DNA of 64,000 nucleotides from Trichosphaerium sp. ATCC 40318. Its lineage: Eukaryota; Protista; Tubulinea. The DNA lies in assembly GCA_038496445.1 (NCBI GenBank), contig JALMLS010000502.1, forward strand, positions 78,939-142,938. Direction: 5' to 3'. The position numbers and the translations under genes are program-made. The notes beneath the pieces were generated by a model. That model had not been told where the DNA came from. It saw only the letters and a program-made list of their open reading frames with translations, and searched no databases. This document shows positions 51,484 to 62,933 of this stretch, one piece after another (the stretch's first letter is position 1; the number at the start of each line of letters is the position of its first letter).

Positions 51484-53308
51484 ATGACAATGAAAGTACT
51501 AGCGCTCTTATTAGCGTTTTTCGCTGTATGCACACTAGCACTAACACAAGGGGCTATCCCTGGCGAAGCTTCTGTCGTATACGAGTGGAAATGGTTGAAT
51601 TTTACATTTGAAGACACTGCTTCATACGAAAACTACTATAACAACGAATACTACAAGCACTGGTACGTAACTCCGTTACTAGCGCGTGGTGAAACCGCTG
51701 TGGCAAAGTTGAACCGATTTAATTCTTCAATAGCATGCTTGCTGGTGTTAAACTCTCTACCGATGGTAGAATATTTGTTTCTGTTCCTCGATGGTAAGTG
51801 AATCTTTTGTCAAACGAATTCGTATGACAAGCACGTGATCACTAATTGGTGTTTTTAAAAGGTTCATTGGTGTACCTGCTACGCTTTCTGTATTAGATAC
51901 ATCTCATTCTCCACCTTTATTGAAGCCTTACCCATCATGGGAAGGAAACAAGGTAAAAACCTGTTTTTTGTTTTATGTTAGCAAAAACTTTGGGTTGTTT
52001 TTGGTTTAAATTATCGCTTATGTGATTAGATCGGAGATCCTTCAAAGCTTCAAAGCGTACTAGGGTTTGAGATCGATCCGTTCAATAGATTGTGGGTACT
52101 CGACCAAGGCAAGGTAAGCATAATTCGGACGAACTTTCATAAACCATTTCTCCTTTTTACTATTTTTTTTTTTGCTTGTTTTGTTCAATATCACGTGCTC
52201 ATACAATTTTTATCAAGATTAATAACCAACCTGCTATCCCTGGTTCTGTAAAATTGCAGATTTTCGATCTGGCAACCGACACATTGATAAGAGAATACAT
52301 TTTTTCTGAATCTGAAGCATCACTTGCTAACTCGTTCTTGGTAAGGTTTTTCTTTCTATACTGAAAGGTACCTAAATGTTGTCTAGAACGATATTGTCAT
52401 TGATGTCAAACGGTCTTTTGCGTACATATCCGATACAGGTATTGGAAGCGTACCTCTTCATGGTGGAATCCTAGTGTACGATTACGGTAAGCAGTTAATC
52501 CAAACTTTTTTTTGTTTCCTTCATCTAATTTCTTCGAAGAGAACAATCTTATGAGACGTGTTCTAAACCAACATGTGAGTACCCAACCAAACATGAACCT
52601 CTGGTTTAGCATAAATGGCAACAAGGTAATTACTCCGCCCGTATAGTCAACCGTACAGCCAAACTAAATCATTGCTTGCAGGTTCTTGCTGATGCACCTT
52701 TCTTTGCTGGAGCCGATGGTATCGCTCTCAGCAATGATGCGAATACACTTTACTATACACCATTGAGTAGTAGAATAATTTATAGAATTGATACAGCTAC
52801 TCTCAGAGACTTTAAGCAACCATTGAGCAACGTTTCATCGAAAGCGCAAATGTACAAGGTACGAATAGACTTTATTTTACCAAATTTATTTACTTATGTA
52901 TTTTAGAATAAACGAACAACTTCTGATGGTATGGCTTGTACAAACGAGATTGGAGATATTGTATACGCTACTGGACTCGAATTTAGCGGCATATTGAAAA
53001 TAACACCTGAGGTATGTACCAAGAAAATAAGGGATCTTCGTTTTGGCATTTCTTTTAATGTTTTTCCCTTTCATCTACTATGACCCGGCTGATCTTTCTC
53101 TTAGAATGATGTATTGATTGCAAATAACACTCAAGATATGGTTTGGCCTGATACTATAGGTTTTGATAACGAAGGTTTTATGTACTGGACAACAAACCAG
53201 TTACATTTATTTTATCAAGGAAAGTTAACTTATGATAAACCTAACTTTAGAATATGGCGTTACAATATTGGCGCTAAGTCTTATATGTATCCACCAGACG
53301 AAATTTAA
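51484..53308 (+). CDS. Yellow / major royal jelly protein family, secreted
   Basis: Signal peptide, VVYEWK, IFVSVPRW..GVPATL, LKPYPSWE, DPFNRLWVLDQG, SFLNDIVID, AYISDTG, ADGIALS, MVWPDTIGFD. Confidence 0.9.
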
Positions 53309-53781
53309 GCCACATACCTGTTTACCTGTCACTAATAAATAATCTACACCAGCTTAAGCATTGTGAACGTCCTTTATTTCATGTACTCTGCGCTCATACG
53401 CATTTTAATTGTCCACTAAAAAAGGGAAACACAAACATATTAACTCACGACTCGTTACCTTTATATCTCTACCAACCACGTAACTATAAACATTGTGAAA
53501 GTGCTTTATGGAAGTCCTGCACTGAAAATACCGCCCTCTCTTTCAAAGGCTGTATGGTGTACGGAACAGTTTCCGCAAATATTGTCAACCTTTAAAATCA
53601 ATTACAGATAAAGGTACCAAGGCGTTAGTACTTATAAAACCTATGTAATCTGTACAGCCTCAAATGTTGTTCAATGACTGATATTGAATGTCCTTCCCGA
53701 CATTAATCTAGTGTTCGTGCTTACAACACAAGCAAGTTGATGTATTTTCAAGCTTTTTTTTGGGTAATTTTTTTATTTGGT

Positions 53782-56389
53782 CTAAGAGCGCACAAGATCG
53801 TCTGATGTGTTTGGGAAGCTTCCAACTACACGTAAAAAGGTTGTAAGATCTTTTAATTCCTTGATTGCTTTCTTCATTTTTTCATCGTCAACATGCGCTA
53901 CAACCAACATATTAGTTTTTTCTGAGAAACAAAAGAAAGAAAAAAATAATGAAAGAATGTTTGTTTGTGACATACCTTCGATTTCTACCAAAAAGCGACT
54001 TTCAACACCAACATGCTTTGATGTTGTCAGACTTCCTGTCAAGTGATGAGACTCAATTTGTGTTAAATTTATTTCATTTGAAGCGAAAATTTGAAGAGCC
54101 TTTAGCAGAACACCAACAGTATCCTAAAAAAGAATTAATCCACCATGACACGTGAGCAAAAAAAGCTGTTGTTGCAGCAGTAGCATGAGAAAAAAAAATC
54201 TCGTACACGAAGACCTATGACCATGAGAGTCTTATCCTTTCCTGTTGGTTGAGGAGGTTGTGTGCTCTTTGATAAAATGAGAAATCTTGTAACATTCTTT
54301 TCCAAGTCATCCTGAACGTCTCTCATGATGATTTCTAATCCAAAATGCTTTGCAGCTTCTTCACTGCAAATAGCGGCAACACCAGTTTCCTAAAGATACA
54401 TTAAACCACAGTATCAAATAACATTGTTCTAAGCACTATTTAGCTACGTGCCTTGCTTGCAAGTTCTGCAGCACGTGCAGTACTTGTTAGTTCAAATACA
54501 GGAACACCTGCGAATCTCTGTGAGAGTGTCTTCTTTGCTTCAGCAAGAGCATGAGGGTGTGAGTATCTTGGGTCAAAAATTAGCCAAAAAACGTCAAATG
54601 ACAGTCTATAGTAAATCTTTTCGCTCGTACATTTTCTTTACTTGTTTAAGTTGAGTTCCCTTGGCAACTGCAACATGAAGGTACACTGGAATAGTAATTT
54701 CTCCAACAACCTACAAAGAAAAAGGTAAGACAAATAAATATCGACTCCAAGACTACTACGTACTCTCGCTTGTGTATCAAATAGGATATCATTAGTTGTT
54801 CGTACAATACCAACAACAGATGCTTGGATTGGTGCCACTCCATACGCAGTTTTATTACTTAGAACACTTGAGAAAATATCCGGAATCTAAATGGTCCATT
54901 ATTTACAAAATTATTGTAAAATTAAACATTACCGTTCGGCATGGGAGAAGAGGCAAATTTGCGCTCTTGGAAGGGCCTTGTGATCTATTACTACGCGCAA
55001 AATAACGTAGAGTGGCAGTATGAGTGAAAGAACCCTACAAAAGCACTTTAATGGCATGTACAACATTGTGACATACCTCAGGACCTAAAAACGCTACAAG
55101 TGGTGTACCAGTCTCAGTAGCTCCACGTTGTAGTAGGTATTCAACTTCTACCTAACGAGTGACGTTAAACAATGCGTAATTCTTCTATACTATGCTAATA
55201 TTTCTCGTAGCAGGGTTGTTGGTGTTTGGTGCCCAATATATAAAGAATATTTTAGTATGAAACGTGCTTTCTTTGTTAATGGGATGACTACGTCTTTGTA
55301 CAAGTTGGCAACAATTTCAGCGAGTTCTCCTGATGTTTCTGCCTTTAATTCTTGCCCATAGTTTCGTGCTTTCGCACGTACACGCTCTAAAAGAGCTTCT
55401 TCTACCTTTGTAAAAAATAGATTAGAGATTTGCTCATTTCTTTTACTGTAAATGATGGATGTTGTTGTAACGTACTTTTGAGTTTGTTATGGCTTCCATT
55501 ATACCTTCCTCATCGTTTTCATCGATGAGCTTAGCATACTTTGGTTGCTCTGCAAGGAATTTAATCTCTGCAACGTATTTACCATAGTGAACACGTTTAG
55601 AAATAGCATTAAGAGCTTGGATATCACAGTTCGCTGCAGAACCGTATTGCTATTTAGTAAAAGAGAGTCAGTTATGTTTGGATAGGTTTGACTCCATATT
55701 GAGGTTTCAAAGTGACATACTTTATCATCCTTGTCTTCAGTTATAAGTGGAATAATTTGTTGCTTGTATTTTCTGAGAATAAGTGGGTTGATATTGATTG
55801 TATTCGGTTTAATGACTTGATCGTAGTTTAGAAGAGGAAGTATAGGATCTGGTAAGTCTCCTGGGAAAAATGCGTGTTCATCAGGAGATGTAAAACGACG
55901 CATGAGTGCGTGAACCTGAAAATGTTAGAAAAAGCATAAAATTAAAGTATTCACTAAAGGATCATCATACCTTCTCTGTTTCGCGCAACATGTACCCCAA
56001 GAAGTCAGCGTCGTCACCAATACCTGCCTCAGCGAGAAGACCATGATCACCTTTCTCATAAACCTAGTAACGAGTTAGTATTTCATTTTACGGACTCAAG
56101 GGCTACCGGGTTGTTACGAGCAAATTGTGAGCGCTCTATCAAACTGAAGATAATGGTTTCTTCCTAATATTCGTTAATACAACCGTAAGTACAACTTTGA
56201 CGCTGTCAGAAGGTGTTTAACCCTGATACATGTTCCCAAAAAAAAAAAATCGCTGTACGCGCGTCAAACAGACGATATATATCATACCTGACGAATGAGT
56301 GCGTTTCTGATGTCGTTGAGTGTTAACTTGCCTAAGCCAGTTACATTTTCCGGCAAATCGCTACTAGTACCGGGTGTAGCCTTGTGCAT
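53782..56389 (-). CDS. Bifunctional eukaryote-type chorismate mutase (ARO7-like) fused to prephenate dehydratase with ACT domain
   Basis: LNDIRNALIRQ, IIFSLIERSQF, RRFTSPDEHAFFP, SKRVHYGKYVAEIKF, IPLTK..EVEYLLQR (CM) continue through splicing into VAFLGPEGSFTHTA, HPHALAE, STARAA, NVTRFLIL, FLRVVGSFP (PDT/ACT). Confidence 0.9.
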
Positions 56390-56557
56390 TGTTCTTAGTG
56401 ACTTTGTTACCTTCTGATTTGTCAAAAAAGTTCTTTAGAAGTACAAAACGTCACCTTATTACAAAACAGCGACTGACACTCCTACTATACTTGTGAAATG
56501 CAGTAATGAGTTTCATTAATAAGCGACATTTATCACGAATTGCTTATCTGTTCAAAA

Positions 56558-57635
56558 ATGGCTAGACAAGAGATAAAGCACATACCAAGCCTCGCGCCAA
56601 CGGGTTCAACACGTCAAACGTGGAATGATGCATGGGACAAAAAGACATGGTGTCTTGGCACAGGTACACAATATCGCGTTATAAACGCAGTTCTAATGCA
56701 AAATAGGGTTTATTATCGAGGGAACAGTAGTTAACAAGCGCAGCCACAGTATAATCGTTAAATCTGCTACAGATTTACCAACAAAGTTCATTGCGTTAAG
56801 AGTACGTGCTACACTGCCTAGATAGCAAAAAAGAAGGCGAAAAAAAATCTCAACCGAATTTAATTAAAGTAGGTCCGTTTAACGCGACAAACCTTGAAAC
56901 GCCATTTCGATGCAACAGGTAAAACAGAAATCGAACCACAATACGAGCAAGAACGTAAAAAAATGACAGGCTATTTATCGTTTCGTACGTTATCTGTTGC
57001 TATTTTAAAGTATCGCAACCGCTCACACACGATAGAAACTACAAAAGCAAAGGCTTTAGGAGCCGTTAGCGCAAAAGATCTTTGTGATATGCTTGGGAGA
57101 GGCACTGGGTTGCCAGCACCTAAAGGCTTCCTAAAACAAGACTCTTTGAACAACTTACACCCGAAAAAAAGTACTACAAAGCGTTTTGTAGTAGTTTCTC
57201 AAATTGACTTTTATTTTGCACCTTAGTGTCAGTCTTTGAATTTTGGCTTGACGTCCATGACTTCCAGAGCAAAGATATTCATGTCAATGATAGTAAGTAT
57301 TATTTACTTTGTTCACAAATAATAATATCACGTGATAGATGTTCGTCTTAAGACACGTGGAGACTCTATTATTGTTGAATCAATTGCAAAGTTAGTTGAA
57401 GATAATAAGCTCTTAAAGAATAATAACTTCTTTGCTGGTGGTAAGTCTTGCGTCTTAAAGACGCTATGTGTCATAGTCTTCTTTCTTTCGTATGTACCTT
57501 AACATTTTGAAAGGTACTGGAGTCAGCGAAGGATGGACTGATAAGATCATGAAGAATAAGTTCGATAGTGACGATGAAGAAGAAGAAGCACCAAAAGAAG
57601 AAGGAGACTGTGCTGAAGATGATGAATGGGATTAA
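56558..57635 (+). CDS. ARPIN: Arpin (Arp2/3 inhibitor)
   Basis: KRHFDATGKTEIEPQY..KKMTGYLS, EFWL, VRLKTRGDS.IVESIAKL, NFFAG..GWTDKIM and the acidic tail GDCAEDDEWD* match Arpin hallmarks. Confidence 0.88.
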
Positions 57636-57940
57636 AACTTTTTGTAGAAATCTAATGATTGATAGAAATAGTTTAGTAGAAATAAATCTTAGTAAGTTCA
57701 GCCTCAAACCATTAATTCATTTGTACATTTGTACTTTTGACAGTGTGTTTTAGTGAGTTATGGCTTGCAACAGAAAATTAAACGGCCAACCTCTAGTAGT
57801 AGCCGATAATTTTTTCAAAAAAATGAAAATCGCTACGAGAAAAAGCGGGTTTTAGTTCTCTTAACATTCCAAAAGTGTCTTAAAAAGCCCAAAATTGTGC
57901 ATTGACCTTTTCGCAGTTTTAAGTAACCATACGAGCAACA

Positions 57941-60745
57941 ATGCAAGTCGTTCTTTTCGTTTCTTTGGTTCTTATTGGAACTGCGCTATCTAGTACAGTA
58001 TTAAACTCAGGTGGCCATATTGGTGATACTACAGTAAGCTTACATTGTTTGTGAACTGGTTTATTTGTTTGTAACGTACTTGCTTTAGTTTTACAAGGAT
58101 TCAAGTCCATACGTAGTCCAGGGAACTTATACTATCGTTGGAAACCTATTCATCGAGGCTGGAACTCAAATACGCGTAATACTAAACTATTGCTTTTTTT
58201 GTGCAACGTGAATACATGTTTAACTTGCCTTTAGTACAAATACAGTAGCAGTACACTTTATGTGCGACGCGGGGATTTGTATGTCAATGGCACTGATGCA
58301 GAACCTGTTCGTTTTGTTTCAAGTAGTAACAGAACTGGACAAGCAGTTCAGGTAGACAAAGGAACTAGCTACATAAACTTTGCTATTTTCAAAGGATTTT
58401 TCCACGCTTTGTACGTCGTTTGTTTTTTTTTCTTGGAAACTAATCTTGCAAGAAAACTAGTTCCTTCTTTGGTTCTGACGAGCTTACTTTTTTTTAACTT
58501 TAGGAACGGGTATGCGGTCGTTAGTAATTCTGTATTCCTTGACAACTACCGTCCTTTGTCACGTGATACCGTACAGAGAGTAACAGACAGTGCTTTTATT
58601 AACAACACGAACATCCAACTTTACTACCCGTCTCAAGTTGAAGGTTCATATTTTACTGGATCTGATATGTTGGACCTTGGAAACGAAGTCAAGAACTCGT
58701 ATTTCTACAGAAATAAGGAAATTGAAGGGCGGTTTGACACATGTGTATTTGAAGAGAACGAGGTATCATGGTCTTTTTTTTTTTGAAACATTTTTATTTT
58801 TGACCTCAAACTGTTGTAACTAATAATACAATTAACAGGTTGGTTTCCAAGGCAAAGCAAGTCACTCTTTGGTAATTAACAATAAGGTTGGATATGTTCA
58901 ACCTCGCTACAGGGAAGATGTGGTTAACTTTGAAGGAACAAACTTTATCAACAATGAGCTTGAGGTCAAGCTAATTTCAAGCAATGATGTAACACTAAAC
59001 GGTGCTTATTTTGAATCTTTCGGATATGAAGAAGAAGGTCAGGAGTATGTAAATCATTGAGATATCCTTGAAACTAATTCCTTGTTTTTAAGATATATTT
59101 GGGATGTACATGACGACTTCGGGCTTGGATGGGCTGAAATAAATCCATCTCTTGTTCCATTCGATGTGCCAACAAGTGAAACATTGTGCTTGAAAGTACT
59201 TAAGCGCTTGGAAAATGGCTGGCCATACGTTCCTGTTGGAGAGATTACATTTAGTATTCCATGCTACCGTAAACCATTAGCATCTGGTAATGATTCAGCT
59301 AATACCACCGCACCTACTTCTTGGTGGTCACCTCCATCTGGTAATGGTACAGCTAACACTACCGCACCTACTTCTTGGTGGTCCCCTCCATCCGGTAATG
59401 GTACATCTAATACTACCGCACCTACTTCTTGGTGGTCTCCTCCATCCGGTAATGGTACAGCCAATACTACTGCACCTACTTCTTGGTGGTCACCTCCATC
59501 TGGTAATGGCACAGCTAACACTACCGCACCTACTTCTTGGTGGTCCCCTCCATCCGGTAATGGCACATCTAATACTACCGCTCCTACTTCTTGGTGGTCA
59601 CCACCATCCGGTAATGACACAGCTGCACCTACTTCTTGGTGGTCACCACCATCCGGTAATGACACAGCTGCACCTACTTCTTGGTGGTCCCCTCCATCCG
59701 GTAATGGTACATCTAATACTACCGCTCCTACTTCTTGGTGGTTCCCTCCATCCGGTAATGACACAGCTGCACCTACTTCTTGGTGGTCACCACCATCCGG
59801 TAATGGTACATCTAATACTACCGCACCTACTTCTTGGTGGTTCCCTCCATCCGGTAATGACACAGCTGCACCTACTTCTTGGTGGTCACCACCATCCGGT
59901 AATGACACAGCTGCACCTACTTCTTGGTGGTCCCCTCCATCCGGTAATGGTACATCTAATACTACCGCTCCTACTTCTTGGTGGTTCCCTCCATCCGGTA
60001 ATGGCACAGCTAATACCACTACACCTACTTTTTGGTGGTCCCCTCCATCTGGTAATGGCACAGCGAATAATACTAACGGACCAACACCCGGTAATCAGTG
60101 GCCTACAAATTGCAGCAATGTCAAAGTGGTATGAGTTTTTTTACAAAAGTAATTTATCACTTAGTTCTCTTAGGCTGTATTCTCTGTTGCTACTCTAGAC
60201 TGTGAAGACCCTAGACTTGTCTTGGAAAAATATAAATGTACGTACAAAAACAGCCTCTTGTGTAAGTGCACGTGCTAAAATTGATTTTCTAGATATTATG
60301 GAAGAAGCATCAGATATTACTATTGTTTCATCAACCTGTAACACTGCACCGAAGGGCACAATGGCAGGCCATATCACATTCGCTTTTGCCTATACAAAAG
60401 ATACCTACAAATCAATACAAAGTAAGTTTTGATAGTAGCAACAAAACTGCAGCCTTGAGTTGTAACACTTTTGTTTTTTTTCGAAGAATAATGCAAAGGT
60501 TCTTTGCTAATACTGTATTGTTAGGCTATAGCTCAAGTGTTGGTTACATTGTGAGCTCACAAGGTAGAGCACTTGGAGAGGTTACTGAGAATCGTCCTCA
60601 GAAATTCTCTGCTGGTTCACTTGCCATAGCGATCGTTTTATCTTTTTTTGCTGGACTTGGCATTGCAGCTGTTGTTCTTGTTATTATCTTCAGAAAAAAG
60701 TCTGGCTCTACAAACACTAGTAATAGTTATGTACGGTATGCTTGA
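57941..60745 (+). CDS. Type I membrane glycoprotein: right-handed beta-helix-like head, repeat stalk, TM helix, short tail
   Basis: Signal MQVVLFVSLVLIGTALS; SPYVVQGTYTIVGNLFIEAGT, LYVNGTDAEPVRFVS, IWDVHDDFGLG (pectin-lyase-like fold); TM LAIAIVLSFFAGLGIAAVVLVIIF followed by RKK. Confidence 0.8.
59300..60075 (+). repeat. Coding minisatellite of 54- and 45-bp units, 15 copies of TSWW[SF]PPSGN[GD]T..
   Basis: Direct in the DNA and in ORF 59082-60134. Confidence 0.95.
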
Positions 60746-61171
60746 ATAAAGTAAAAACTGGCTATTAGCCCCTTTCAACATTGTTTTCTTGTACACGAGA
60801 GTGGTGACTAGTATTATAAACTTTGCAACACGTTTCATGTAAAGAATCTTTTGTCTGAGAGCTTTAACAAGCTACCACACAAGCTTGAATAAGAATATGA
60901 TGTTTGCTAGTGATTGTCATGTCTAATAGGCCTACAAATGATTTGGTAAATGGCCGCATTAGTCATGCTAAAAAACTGAACATGTGTGGAGTTTGGAAAG
61001 GAGTTGAGCCGTTTATTTACAATCACCAGTACGACGAATTTCAGAAGGCAAAATCCCAACTGTAGGCTGCCATCGTACCCACTAAAGTTATGCCAATGTA
61101 CTCATAGAATCACAGGGGTTTCAGCAACTGAAACGAAAGTACTGTACAGTTTAGATTTTGTTGTATTTTAA

Positions 61172-62933
61172 TTACTGGGCAGTATTTTCTGGTTGTACAA
61201 CACGTGCTGGTGGCTGAGGTATTGGATCTGGAACCACATGTACACCGTTCTTCATAAAAATAGAAAGTTGTAAATTTCCATCTTCATACCACATTTTACA
61301 TTCTCCTTCTTCCTTACCGTCAATCATATAACAATGCATCTTTAATTGTCCATTAGCATACCATCTCTTATACTCACCATGTTCTTTACCATCTTTCATT
61401 GTACACAACCACTGTAACTGACCATTAGGATGCCAAGTCTTATAATCTCCAAACTCTTTACCACTTTCCATAAAATAAAGTTTTTGTAACTGTCCATTAG
61501 GATACCACCTCTTTACTGTACCTTCTCTTTTACCATCACTCATAATAAATTTAGACATAATTTGTCCTTGTCTATACCAAGCAAGACACTCACCTTCCTC
61601 CTTACCATCCTTCATTGTACACTGTCTATGAAGTTGTCCGTTGTCATACCATTCTTTATACTCACCTTCTGGTTTTCCTTTAGAGTTCGTAGAACGCAAT
61701 AACAACTTTCCATTAGCATGCCATTCTTGACATACACCCTCTGATAACCCGTCTTTCATAATATAGTGTGACCGTAATTGTCCATTCTCATACCATTCTT
61801 TAAACTGTCCTTCTTTTTTTCCATCAACGATAAACGATTGAAACTGTAATTGTCCATTTTGAAACCAAATCTCGCTTAAACCTTCAATAACACCTGCTTT
61901 CATTTTACCTTGAGTATGTATTTGACCATTAGAATGCCATATCTTAATATCACCTTCCTCTTTACCATCCTTCATAATACATTGTTTATGTAATTGACCG
62001 TTTTCATGCCACTTTTTAAACTCACCTTCCTTAACACCATTTTTCATTTCAAATAATAACATGAGTTGATTATTATTATACCACTGTCTAACCTCTCCAT
62101 CCTCTTTACCATTCCTCATAAAATATTGAGCTTGTAATGCACCATTAGGATACCATATCTTATACTCGCCTTCTTCTTTATCATTCTCAACAAAAAACTC
62201 AAGATAGAGTTGTCCGTTATCATGCCACTTACGACATCTTCCTACTTCTATTCCGTTTTTCATCACACATTGTTTATTAAGTAACCCATTGACATGCCAT
62301 TCTTTATACTCACCATCTACTTTACCGTCCTTCATTGTAGTTTGTGCATATAACTGACCATTACTATGCCATCTCTTTAACTCACCTTGTTCAACTCCTT
62401 TTTTCATAAAACATTTTTTCTGAAGTTGTCCATCTTCAAACCATGCCTTAAACTCTCCTTCTTCCTTACCAGAACACATATTAAACTGTAGTTGAAGGTT
62501 ACCATTCCTATGTATTGTCTACACTCTCCTTCTTCCTTACCATGACGTGTTGTACATTCAGTAAAGAGCTGACCATTATCATACCAACGCTTAAATTTTC
62601 CTTCAGATTCGTTGTTAAGTTTATCGATTTGAAGCTTTAAAACTCCGTTTTTATGCCATATTTTTGTTTCTCCATGCGCTCTACCATGCTTCCAGTGTAC
62701 TGACGCCCATAACACTCCATCAGCATACCTACAGTAACGTCAAAATTACGTCAAAGAAAACGCTTTAAAAATCAATCTTACCAACCGAGCCATTTGCCGT
62801 GTTTCTTCAATTCGCTGTCGTAATGAGTCATTTGCGCCGCTTTCCGTGATAACAGATGCCATTTCGTAAAAATATCCGGTGCGTATGTACACATCTCTTT
62901 CTGGAGCTCCGCTGGTAATTGTAGTAATGTCAT
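61172..62933 (-). pseudogene. F-box-like plus about 20 MORN-variant repeats; one intron and one frameshift
   Basis: Exon 1 MTLLQLPAELQKEMCTYAPDIFTKWHLLSRKAAQMTHYDSELKKHGKWLG; GT-AG intron at about 62729-62781; 24-aa repeats; 1-nt frameshift at about 62510 between ORFs 62404-62715 and 61172-62479 (mutation or sequencing error). Confidence 0.75.

Noticed and set aside
59300-60075. CRISPR-like appearance of regular repeats
   Set aside because: No unique spacers, no cas genes, and the repeat lies inside a eukaryotic exon.
59264-60198. Long alternative-frame and antisense ORFs (265 aa minus, 302 aa plus) over the WW repeat
   Set aside because: Shadow ORFs of a stop-free minisatellite with unit lengths divisible by 3; only the TSWWSPP frame connects to the flanking exons.
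34225-62933. Endogenous giant virus region
   Set aside because: No NCLDV hallmark genes (capsid, polymerase, packaging ATPase) were seen. The virus-like repeat genes are single and interleaved with intron-rich host genes, and some carry introns.
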